From Oopsacas minuta (lineage: Eukaryota; Animalia; Porifera), in assembly GCA_024704765.1 (NCBI GenBank), contig JAKMXF010000177.1, positions 186,001 to 250,000 of the forward strand: DNA of 64,000 bases, given 5' to 3'. The notes beneath the pieces were generated by a model. The model was not told where the DNA came from. It was given only the letters and a program-made list of their open reading frames with translations, and did not search any database. Position 1 is the first letter of the stretch. Each line of letters starts with the position of its first letter. This document shows, piece by piece, positions 35,330 through 47,223 of the stretch. A program made the translations under genes and the position numbers.

Positions 35330-38300
35330 ATATCCACTCGTGAGTAGTTTTGTGTGTTTCCCAAACTAAGTAATTCTTGTGTGATTCACGAATAGCATCA
35401 TCCCAATTGAGATTGTAGTTAAGGTCACAATACAGTCGAGTAGACTTTGAGAATATGAAGCTTGATTATTTTCTCTGGTTTTGAATCTTAAATTCCACAT
35501 CTTTTGCAAACGAGAATGAAGAATCTCACCACTTTTTTCTGAGCTGATAACAGCTCCAGCATCGTAAATCGACTCATAATGTGAAAATATTATCCGTAAT
35601 AATCAGATAGCACATGTTAGTGTAAAAACCAAGGAAAAGAAGTACATGTCCAAGCATCCCTGAATAAACGAATACTTTCCATCCAGCATAATTCCCGAAT
35701 TTTCCCCAAGAATTATCTTATACGGTTTTCAATGCTCTTAGCACATCTAAATATAAATAGCATAAACTTCATAAGGTATTTCCTCCATTGCCACTGCATC
35801 CAGAAACCGCGAACACGAATTACGTTCAAGTGCCTCTATCCAGTAATCAGTCTTGTATACTTTAACCCACATTTGGGCAAAGTGCGGCCCTCCGGGTTAG
35901 TTTGAAAAGGGCATGAATTCGGCCCAAAGAAATTTTCTGACACTTTTAGCCTTAAATGACTTGAGGGAGTCATAGAATGATATATAATACAGATAGGAAA
36001 GTAGCCGAGTAACGAATAAAAAAGAGAGGCCATTTATATAATCTCATAAAAGTTAAATTAACCCTTCAGTAATTGTGAATTGAACATTTTAGGGTTAAAA
36101 ATGTTAAGAATCAGTTAAGACTACCTAAAAAGTTCAAACGGCCATCCTTCAACTCGTTTAGGCCCATTCAAATCACAACATCAAAGTCATACAAATGCTC
36201 ATCAAAAATTGAATTTTTCACTTTTCGAAATTCTTGTATTTCGATGAATTAATGTCCTCTATTTATTCATATGGTATAAATAATTAGCACGTTTTCTTAG
36301 GATAGAATTCGGATCACATCGTCATATCATATTTTTGAAAATTTATAAATCTATTTTTGATAAATAGATTATTTTCATGTCCATGGTGTAATTCAGAAAT
36401 ATTTCTTCCAAGAAGCTATCTTCAAAACATGGATTTAACTTGAGTTTGAAGTATAGGTACGAATTCAAACAATATTAGCATAAAGTTAAATATAATACAT
36501 TTTTTGCAAAAATATTTGAGAAAATAGTCAAATTATATAAATGCTAACATCATCGCATAATGGCGCCTAAACGAGATGAAAGATGGCCGTTTGAACTTTT
36601 TAGGTAATCTTAACTATTCCTTACATTTCTAACCCTATAAAAGTTCAATTCACAAATTTTGAAGGCTTAATTTAACTTTTATGAGATTTATATAAATGGC
36701 CTCTCTTTTTTATTCGTTGCGGGGCTACTTCCTTATCTGTATGATATAGTAGTCTATGGATGAATATATTTTATTCTTTCGTGTATAACCCTGCCTTCTA
36801 TAACGGCTTTCAAATTCAGGTAAATATATAATTGCAATTACACTTGATTTATTACTAAACACCTAAACTTTACAGACTTGTGCCCATATATACATTTGTT
36901 GCTATAAATTATTACAATAATGTTTAGTAATATTGTTGGTTTCGGATTCCTCGTATTATGGTGTAGTGTCAAGTTTAAAAGACACGTTTGGTTTCTCTTT
37001 TCATGCTACAACAATTACACTGCAGATTATATTGTAATTATGCCAAAACTCTGATAATCAAATAGCTTTGTGTAAACCCTAGATGAGTAAGAAACGAAAA
37101 TAGCTGAAGAATCACTTTATATAATCATGGTAGTAGAAAACATCCTCAAGTTTTGTGGTCCTCTAGGTCGGCTCCAAATTCCACTGCTACCCGAAAGCTA
37201 ACTTTTGTGTCCACCTCTGCATTAGCAAGGCCAGACAATGTCGTGTATAATGTTGACGACTCTTTATACTAACTGTTGTTTCCGATGGTTTTGCAGCAAA
37301 ATAGAGTCAATTCGTGAGATCATTGAGGATTTGGAGTGGAGCTAGTGCTACTAAACTGGTTAACCACTAATGTAGGAACCACAACAATGATTCCGTTGGA
37401 TTCGCCATACCACAATACCCTATATAAGTATAATTAGTGGTTAAGGAAATTATACTTCAACCAAGAATAGGAATATAAACTGGCCTTTTCGTTCCATCAC
37501 CTTCTCGGTGACAAATATAGCCATATATTAAGTAGAAAATGAATCTATTTTTCTCCAGAGGCAATTTAACAAGGGTAATTGATGTGTGGTTGTTGAATTC
37601 GAATAAGAAGTGCTGCAACCTTAAATTCACAAGCTATATGCTTTGGAATACCTAAATTAAGTAGGATAAGAATAGATATGTAAATAAACATCTCTCTCAG
37701 GCTCCGGTTGTTGTAGGTATCAGGAGCCTGTACAGATGCAATCACAAAATATTTCAGTACACTGTTTGTATTTGTCAGATTGTGAGTGACACTGCGAAAT
37801 AACTGAAACAATATTCACAGACACCTTTAGCAACTATTGACAACCATCAAGTTGGAAATTCAGCGTTGCGATGGATTTAAAATGATTATTTGTGATGATA
37901 TAAAGTAATTTATGAATGTCAATGCGAAAATGCAAATAATTTAGGTGCAGGTTTTGCAAATTTGTCCGTACTCTGCTGATGCAGACGAAGTCGAAGTCGC
38001 TTTTTCATCTTCAATCTCTTTCAACGGGTTTTGGAGATAATCACAAGCAAACATATCAGAATGGCCTCTGGCTTGAACACCCTCAGAACTGTGCTTCCTG
38101 AGGAGCAGACATGGTGTGTTTCAAAACATTATTGCATAAATTCTTACAATTACTATCCATGAATTGCTCACACTTACTACGCCTAATCTGGAAGGACTTT
38201 GTTCAAGTGGTCGTCCTGCACTAGCTAGATTGGAATTCAACTACGTTAATTTATTATTGACCAGTGATGAGGGTATTTGACATACTTGACATCTCATTTC

Positions 38301-38809
38301 GACACTATATGAGACTGTTTTCCATGTATCTCGGACTTGCTTATCAATTATTTGATTGAAATTCATTGAAGATATGTAATTTGGCCCACTTATCTTGGGT
38401 TTTCTCACCAGAGTCCAGGCGGACAAGCATTCTTCTAAAGCTATTACAGTGTTTTGGGTGTCGAAAAACGGGTCAACTCGAGCGAAGAATCTATGCAATA
38501 AAACCTTTGTGCCCGCTCGGCTAAAAGTGACGAAAACGGCTGCCTCTTTGTTATTGCAACAGTACCAGAAATGCGTCCGTAACAAAGCGACAGACGTAGT
38601 AAAGCTTATCTAAGTGATAATCATCCCATATATCAGCTACCTCACAGGGAATTTCAAGGCGAGATGCCATTTCCGGAACAAATGTATAGGAATAATACAA
38701 TTACGAAGAAATTGATTTCACAAATATTACATTTGCAGTTTCCTACAAAAAATAAATAGAATTTAAGTTTTACCATATTAATGAATTTCATGGTAATTAC
38801 CACACAGTG
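35330..38809 (-). pseudogene. Decayed Chapaev/RAG1-like transposase: N-terminal Cys/His modules (Chapa-like, RING-like, C2H2-like) plus Transib/Chapaev-like catalytic C-terminus; split by a MITE
   Basis: ATG at 38670 gives MASRLEIPCEVADIWDDYHLDKLYYVCRF. One frameshift then gives C...LLAERAQRFYCIDSSLE, another gives RHPKHCNSFRRML, followed by WKTVSYSVEMRCQVCQ. At about 37850-37730: VCEYC...CTEIFCDCI. At about 37640-37590: IACEFK-GC...FEFNNH. At 35970-35400: W.KVYKTDYW..ALERNSCSRFL and IIFSH...AGAVISSEKSGEILHSRLQKMW. Candidate terminus CACTGTG at 38809-38803. The reconstruction needs several frameshifts. Confidence 0.55.
35971..36758. mobile_element. Foldback-type MITE with about 190-bp TIRs
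   Basis: 35971-36160 is the reverse complement of 36565-36758 (shared blocks such as AAAAAAGAGAGGCCATTTATATAA and AAAAAGTTCAAACGGCCATC). No clear TSD. Confidence 0.8.
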
Positions 38810-40329
38810 ATGGGTATTAATAATCATTAAGTAATGAAGCAATATATTTCAGAAATATATTATACTGATGCATTCACCATACTTTGGCATTGATTTCCAT
38901 GATAATATTAAATTAGTACTCTTTTAATGAATAGTTTAAGTTATTACTGAAAGCCTTATCTATGAGATTGTGGTACTATTACCCGTGATATGTTTAAATT
39001 TGTTTATTGTTCTTTCAAAGAGATAATGTGTACTTAAAACAAACAAACTATACATTTGCCCACATAAAGGGAGGGACTTGCCAACGGGGAGGACGGGAGA
39101 TTTCCCGGTGGATCGATGGGCCAGTGAGCTGCTTATAAACTCTCCTATGCAGTGTAAGAATTATTCAAAATACCATAGAACAACTGTTAAACGACAATAA
39201 AAATAAGGAAGTATTTCGGGTTTGCTCACTATAATGAGAATTTTGCCCATCTCCTATTGTCAATTTATTACGGTAATCGATTTTTCCAAAATATATTTAC
39301 TCCTTATCTGGCTGTCTGGGCAAAAGTAAAGGTCGCAAGCTCGGCGTTTTTGCATTCTGATTAGCACGTGTTAGAGTTTAAGATTTGATAGTGCAACACC
39401 ATCCCAATTGATAAACGGACATAAACCCTCATATCTGCAAGGGCAAGACATTTACACCTATCACTTAGAATTTTGGAGATCTCATTTAAATCTTAGATTA
39501 TAATAACATTCCATAGAAATGATAAAATCTAGTCTCTAGCTCTTACCTACCAGATCTTCAATCAATTCTACACAGATCACCAAGGGATGTTTCACTTCAG
39601 TTTCTATATTTAGTGAAATGAGCAGGCATACAAAATTTTCCTGGACCGAATTATTGAACCAGTCTGTCCCTGCTCACAAGTAATATATAAATAAAAATAT
39701 ACTGACATATTTTATGCTCTTGAATACAAAATTCCATAAAATATGAGTAAAGAGTGATACCTATAATTTTAGAGGATCAAACATTACCAATTTCAATATT
39801 CTATCTCGACACATTAGGTGATGGTGACTATACAAAAATGACAATTTTCACGAATTTTTGTAAGAAAATCCGAACTGTGTTTACTTTACACCTCAATATC
39901 TAAGAACCATAAGACCAATACAGACCATATTTGGTGAGGAGACAGAACGGATATGGTATTTCACACTTGGTAATCCTGTTTTGGTTTGTAAATCTTCTCC
40001 TTTTTGTTCATTTCCCCTCTCTGAAATATTTTGACATCTCTCTACTACTATATCTTTTGAATGTTTTCTCAAATAAAAGATTATCTACATTTTGTTATTG
40101 AATTCTATTTCAAAGTTAACATACAGCACTAAAATGATATACATCTAAGTCTTCTGCTTAATATCTGGACACTTCTTGTATAAACAAAATTTTGTCTGGA
40201 TATGAATTTCATTGCCAATTCAAGGTTAATTTAACAACAAGTTGATAATGATCCATATATAATCGTAAATATAACCTCATCTATGTCAAAGGATTGGCAT
40301 CATGCCAGTTAATAAATTCATGACTCGAA

Positions 40330-42100
40330 AACTTAATACATTAAGATAGTGAATCACGATTGACTAAAATGTCAGTTTTTAACAATGTCACAGCTAGCAA
40401 TCATTCTATATGTGTTCCCCATGATCCATTATGGCATATCTTGCTTCTCTGTATATACTGTTCGATTGAATTACATCCGCCGCTAAACAACATTTCATTT
40501 TCTGTACAACAATACTCAGTGCATTCTTCTCTCTAGTTTCCTCTCATGTCTTGTACCAAAATATCCCTAATTTCTTGATGATCATGATTGCTTCCAGTGA
40601 TGGCGTATGAAATAAACCTGAATAAACAATTTCATCTGGGGAAATCCTTTTTTCTTTCGAAGGCCTTAACACATGAACTTGTAAGCTTTATCTGCTGATT
40701 CATTTTCGTAAGAACACCACACACCTTGGTTAGTTGTAAGAATTTACACGTTCCTCTTTGCCAAGTTATATTTACTTGTGAAAAGATTCCGTGATTATAA
40801 TAGGTAACTTCTTGCCTTGTATTACATAGCAGATATGAATCTTCACTTGAACTTACATCATTGATACAACTTTCGATAGTAGGTGCTGAGTCGTTCTTCT
40901 TTAATGACGAAAGGCTATTCTTACGAATGGTCGATTTTCTAACCATATATTTATTGGATTTCGATTAATGCCAAAACAATTCTTACTAGTTTTAGTTTCT
41001 CGGCACTCTGAGTAGAATTGCTAGATATCTAGTCTTGTTTTCCCTCTGTCGTTGCCAGATTTCTTCTGCTAATTTATTATCCTTAATTGGACGAGGAATT
41101 ATTTTAGAAGTACATTAGAACTCAGAGCTTCAAATGCAATGATCGAATTCTTCCTTCAAATCCTTCTCGTGTTTGTTCTGAAGAAATCGCCTGGCCTCAA
41201 TATATTTTGAATTTGTAGAACACTAATTTTGTGAATTCGCATCCAATTTTAAACAATAGCATTACTATATCTTAATGGCTGTCATTGGTGCCATAACTGG
41301 GCTAAAATCTGACTGGTCCAAAGAAGTCAAATTGGAATGCAATGTGTTGCTAAAAACGTTGGTATTCGTGGTAGGAAATAATCGTCCTTATCTTGAAAAG
41401 AAGTAGATTTATGCTGTATTTCTAAATACTTTATTCCTTCTTGATATGTAATTAACACGTTGTTAAAGAATCTCCCAAATGGTGATTTACTCATATAACT
41501 ATTGCTGTCTCCCATATTATTACTGAGTTCTTCATCCAATTCATCAACATGCTCAACGACATTATCGAACAAATTTTCTTTAAAATTGATAGTTTTCTGA
41601 ACTTTAGAACTATAATGTCGAATCTCTGAGTATATATTCTTAGTCAAAAGAAAAATTATACATTGTGTGCTATTTATAAACTTGAGTTACGAAGTACCGA
41701 GTATACCCAGTCACGTGATGAACAAATGCACTTAGAAATTTAACAGTTCAATACTTAAGCTAAACTAATCCACTAAGGTGTCGTACAGTGACCTATCAAG
41801 TCAAATCCGCTAGTACATGTAATATCAATGCTGGAGGACATTCTAGTAAATCGTGTAAAAGATCATTTAGATGTCGATATGGTCATAACAAGACTCAACA
41901 AGCCTAGCTACATCGAACAAGGTGTCACTCGATAGAGTTAAGATACATTTTGATAAAGAAATGTTGTCACAGTCCTGAGACATGTTTGCATTACTATGGA
42001 CAACGGTGTTGATGTGACTACTTGAACGACGGTGAATTTACAATGATCACGAATATTTGCATAAAAATTTGATTAAATTTGAATTGTGGCACACGCGATA
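40330..42100 (-). pseudogene. Decayed Mutator/NOF-like transposase with a C-terminal OTU-like protease remnant
   Basis: DDYFLPRIPTFLATHCIP.LW...RYSNAIV*NWMRIHK...LRPGDF (cf. the SNA.VE.W motif of MULE/NOF-type proteins). Near 40500-40350: YIQRSKICHNGSWGTHIE.LLAVTLLKTDILV (OTU WGT..E motif). The NOF attribution is tentative. Confidence 0.5.
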
Positions 42101-42335
42101 GAAATTAGTTTTGGCAATATATTTAAAAAAAGAAATTACCTGCGTTAATGAACAACCCTTAAATGTGTCAAAAATCTAATTATCAAACTCGATTGCTTTC
42201 TGTATGTGTTTCTTTGTTTGTCCGTTGTCAAGGACAGGATTTATGGAATATTGTATTGAGTTGAAATTTCTTAATTTTGAAATGTCTCATAGCTATAAAT
42301 TTATCATGTTTACCCAGTATGTAAACAGAAATCTA

Positions 42336-43400
42336 CTTAGGGCATTCAAAAAGTTCCCATCCTTAGTTTATAGCTGCCAAATCTACTCGATTACATGAGA
42401 TGCATAGCATATCCCAATAGTCCTATCGATTACATATTAAATGCTGTTGAACAATTTACTCTAGCTAGTATATATCTTGATCTATCCTACTTTCAATTTT
42501 ACCTATTTCGAGAGTCAACCTTTTCATGGCTTCCAAACACATATTAACCAAAACTGAACAACGAGCTTCCATAAAGATTCGTACCGTACTCGGCGATAAA
42601 CCACTCCAGATACATGAGAATCTAGTCACAGTTTATCATGGGGAAACTCTACTGTATCCCACTGTAAAGGAATGGGCACGTAAATTAAAGGCTGGTAGAG
42701 GCAGCATTGAAGATGACCCTCGGACCGGAAAACCAATTTCCTCTACCACCCCTGAAATTGACTCTCAAATTCTGGAACTATTGGATATTTCTCCCCAGAT
42801 GAGCGTTGAAGAGATTGCCCTAATCCTGGACATCTCATCGGGAGGTGTTCACACAATTTGGCACGATTATCTCGAATAACGAAAGACTTCCGTGCGATAG
42901 ATACCAAAAATCCCTACAAAGGGGCAAAAGGAGAAGAGGGATTTCATGCGCGAAAAAATTGCTTGAAGAATATAGAGATTGTGATTCTCGAAGATTATTA
43001 TATGGAATCGCCACTGGTGACAAAACTTGGATTAAATTTTCTGAACCTCCGTGTAAGAAACAAAGCAAATCGTGACTCCCAAGTTCTTATCTCCCAGAAA
43101 AGGCACGTCAGACTTCCGAGACGATAAGGTTCTCTAAAGCATACTTTTTGATGCGTATGGGCCAGTGGCTCAAATATTGTGCCCAAACAAGAACGACTCA
43201 ATTGATAATTTTTACTAAGATAGATGGAGAAGTCGAGAAAGTCTATAAAACACGACGTCCGCGTACAGGAATTCGAGGAATAAAACTTCTCCACAATAAT
43301 GCCAGACCTCATATTTCAAAATACGTAGCGAAGTTATTGAGGACATCGGGTTTAAACGATGGAATATCCTCCGTATTCCCCAGATCTATCACCTTGTAAT
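42336..43400 (+). mobile_element. Second mariner copy (related subfamily), decayed and 3'-truncated
   Basis: Left TIR TAGGGCATTCAAAAAG. HTH ORF 42526-42879 (EDDPRTGKP), DCDSRRLLYGIATGDKTW, and RPRTGIRGIKLLHNNARPH. Multiple frameshifts. Confidence 0.85.
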
Positions 43401-43456
43401 TTCTAACGGATATTTGTAGACCAACAATTTATCAACCATTATATACTAACTATTTC

Positions 43457-44175
43457 AGGAATGTGTCAAAAAATGTGTCAAGTAAGCATTTATTTGATAA
43501 ATATGCCATTCTTTGATCCATAGTGAAACATAATATTGCGCCTTTCATTTCAAACTGAATATATAAAATGCTCTATAGCTATAGATACGTTTATTCAAAA
43601 TATCAAACATTTGTAATGCAGATTTGGTCGTTCTTAAGTTACTGTAGAGACCAGGATGACTCATTTGTATAAATATTGAATTATAACTCGACAATCGTTA
43701 AATTTATTGCCAAATAAGGGTAGCCAATTTGTAGTAAATACCTGATTCCTATACCCTAACCATAGATTTAGATATGATAACACTTATCAATGTGACGTAA
43801 TTGTGAATATTCCCATAGATGATAATATTTAACATTATGCAATAACCTTTTGAGATTTCACATCAAAACGTTTTACCAAGGTATGGGATATCGGGTATCT
43901 ATTACAAATTGACTATTCTGATTTGATAATAAATTAACAATTATCGAGATATGCTTGGATATTCATAAAAATGTGTCATCCTTGATCTCTAATGTAACTT
44001 AAGAACGAACAAAATTTTGCAATACATATTTTGAAGTTTCCCATTAATGTGTCTATAGATCATTGAATACGTCCACGTTGAAATGAAAGAAGAAATATTT
44101 GAAATCTACAAAGGTACAAAGAATGAAATATTTTACGAAATATGTGCTTACTAGTCACATATTTGACACATTCCT
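43457..44175. mobile_element. Foldback-type MITE with about 220-bp diverged TIRs
   Basis: AGGAATGTGTCAAA...GTAAGCA at the left end is mirrored by TGCTTAC...TTTGACACATTCCT at the right end. A related fragment lies near 51700-51920. Confidence 0.75.
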
Positions 44176-44564
44176 AAAATTTTAGTATTTAATTGTTGAT
44201 TATTTATTGCTCTACAAATATGAATACATTTATTCGGGGGAAAAACATCGTTTCTTTAATAATGATCTCATATAGAATGTGCCATATCGGCTACCATTTC
44301 GCTAGTCCTAAATCAATAATTAATTGTTAGTAATATTTCCCTCAATGCCAGGGTGTAATAGAGAGACGAGGGATAACGCAAAGGCGCTTATTAAGGAAAT
44401 ATTTCGATCATTAAAATATATATAAATATATCATATTAGAAATTATCGTGCAAGTTTTCAGTCAACATTTTATGATCAAGAACTGTATTTCTGTATTATC
44501 CAATTTTTTGGTAATTATCGTTTTTTCATGTTGGAATGTTTATGTTCCTTCTTTCAACTAAAAG

Positions 44565-46610
44565 CAGGGTTGTTGCTTAAAATTACTCAAAAAAATCAAA
44601 AAATCCTGATTTTGTGACTTTAAAAAATACAATTTGAAGCTTATACACTTAATACAATAATGAGATTACAAATCCGGCAATGAGAATCTCATCGTCGGAT
44701 TCGGTTAACTAATAATATTTAGTCAGCTACACCACAACAGAACAATTACTAAATGTCATATTTATTGTATGCATTTGCTTCTGGGATTTCTGACATAAAA
44801 CTTATTTAACCATGTAATGTGTATGCGCGGTTCTGATAAATCATTTTACTCTCAATCTCCTCATTCGAGTATTATACCATTTTTCAAACAACATTTTAAA
44901 TTTGCTGGCGTGTTTCACCATGAACGCCGAAGGCATTACATTGCTTCATTGTATTTTGGCAAGATAAAGTTCCCAGGTAAACCGGATGTTGGACAAAATG
45001 CAAGAAATGCGGAAAGGAATTGCAAGAACTTGTTGCAAGAATGAAGCAACATCATACAGAATGTAAGGCTGCTATCAATCTGATTTCAGATGTTAGTAAC
45101 CAAACAAACACACCCGTACATGATATCGTGAATTTGGAAAAGAGGGAACGTGCGATTTCTCTGATCAGAATGGATCCACCAGCAAAGAGACAGAAATCCG
45201 TTGTGTCTAGAATGAAGAACTTCGTTATGCCGACATCAGAGACTGAGAAAGCCGCCATCGATCGCCAAAATTGTACGGCTTGTTTGTACTATTAATTTGC
45301 CTTTCTCAATTGTTGAAAACCTCGAATATTTTAAGCTAATAACAATGCTTTGTCCGGTTATCAGGTACCAAGTCGATTCAAGATTAGCAATAATCTTCTT
45401 AGTGACTTACAAGTTTCTATACAATCTTACTGCAAAGAAAAACTTGCGTATCATACTGTAACTATCATGTCAGATGCATGGAGTAATATCCACAACGAAC
45501 CGATCGACTGTGCCTCAGTACCAACGCCTGATGATGGGGAAAGCGATTTCACATAAACTGTAGATACATCAGGTCATGCCCACATAGTTGAATATCTAGA
45601 GGAAGTAGCAACATCTGCTGGAACTCCAACAGAACAGTGTTTCGGTTATAAAGTGGCCACTTTTGTCACAGACAATGCATCTAATGTGGTGAAAATGCGG
45701 CGACAAATGGAAGCTGATAACATCACTCCCATTAGCAACATCATTTCCTATGGTTGTTAAACACACTATTCTAAACTTTTAGCCAAAGATATAGAGATAC
45801 CTGGCGAGAAAGAACACATTATTCACATCGTAAAGTACTTTCGCAGTACCAAACTTCCTACAGCATAGTGCAAAGTTGCTGGAAGTAAGAAACTTGAGCT
45901 ACCAATTGAGATTCGTTGGAATACTCTCGCAGATTGTCTCAAAAATTATCTGATAACTGGGCGACAATACTCAAGTGTGCGAGGAACACCGTGACAGTAT
46001 TAATGTTAGAGTCGCGAATAAAATGCAGGACATAAGTATTAAGAAAACGCTGAGGACTATCAAAACGTATGAAGCCCATCGTTATTGCTTTGTATAAAGT
46101 GCAAAGAAACAGTTGCAAGCTGAGTGAAGCAGTTGAAGTCTGGAAAAGATGGAGTGAGGATATGGCTTCATCACAACCGTTAGTTGTTTCACAAAAAGCA
46201 GAAAAACACTCCAAACAGGCACTCACTGCTGTACATTACCTAGCAAATATTTTGAGTCCACGGTTCATGGGCAGAAAACTATCAATTGATCAGATCGATA
46301 CAGCCCTGCAAATCTGTAGCATGGATTATGCAATATGTTTACTCACAGTTCCCAAAATCCGGGTACAAAATGGTCCATTTAAGTCCTATATGCCGAGGGA
46401 TGAACGAGTAAATCTGTATCGCCTCTCACATGGTAGGAATCTCAGAAAAACCATCTTGATAGTGATGTGATGAAGTTATGTCGCCAGGTACTTGGAGCTA
46501 TCACATCTACTGCTGGGATTGAGAAAACCTTTTCAATTTTCGGTTTAGTTTACTCGAAAGTGAGGAATAGGCTTGGACTCAGTAAAGTAGGAAAACTTGT
46601 AGTAGGCTGA
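44565..46610 (+). mobile_element. Decayed hAT transposon (BED finger, DUF659-type core, dimerisation domain)
   Basis: KCKKCGKELQ.LVARMKQHHTEC (BED-like), LPFSIVEN...PSRFKIS...IMSDAWSNIHNEP, FVTDNASNVVKM, EIRWNT, and TAGIEKTFSIFGLVYSKVRNRLG. Candidate left TIR CAGGGTTG. Confidence 0.85.
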
Positions 46611-47223
46611 ATAGACACAAATGAATAAACGCCATCATTCTCGATTGATAGACATACAGTAGTTGTTATTTGTTAGTATCTAGTTCCCTTAAATTTATAC
46701 TTAGGAATATAGCCCGGACTATTACCCTGTCAACGGAACATTATATTCATCAAATGAGAGATTTAGAAGATGAACTGCATCGAATTTTCGTTAAGAAATC
46801 CATGTGAAGGCAAAAATTCAGGATAATTGTCACACTGAGGGGCATAGGCACACCAAGGGCTATTTTGGGCGGGCATATGCTCACCCAGATTTGACTCCAC
46901 CATAATACAAAAATATAGGGTAGGTGGGACATAAAGTCACCTTTCCTACTATGACTCATGAGCCTAGTTGCGCCAAAGTTGAGAGGTACCTGTGATACAA
47001 ATTCCAAACTTCGTTTATGTATATTGGCTGAGCAGTAGTTATATGAAGTTTTGCGAAAATGGAAAAAGGTGATAGTGACGTCATAATTTCGTCATAGGTG
47101 TGAATTTTCGTCTAAGACTCGAATTTTCCCGAGCCAGACGCAAAATACCCCTGTATGCCAAAACTCAGCCCTGGAGAGCTTCCAGTGTCTTCAATCAATT
47201 CTGGAAATACAAACATATATATA

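Noticed and set aside
38241-38613. ORFs 38241-38585 (-) and 38395-38613 (+) as extra inversin exons or independent genes
   Set aside because: They are better explained as partial frames of the frameshifted Cys-rich transposase N-terminus, and contain no ankyrin or IQ motifs.
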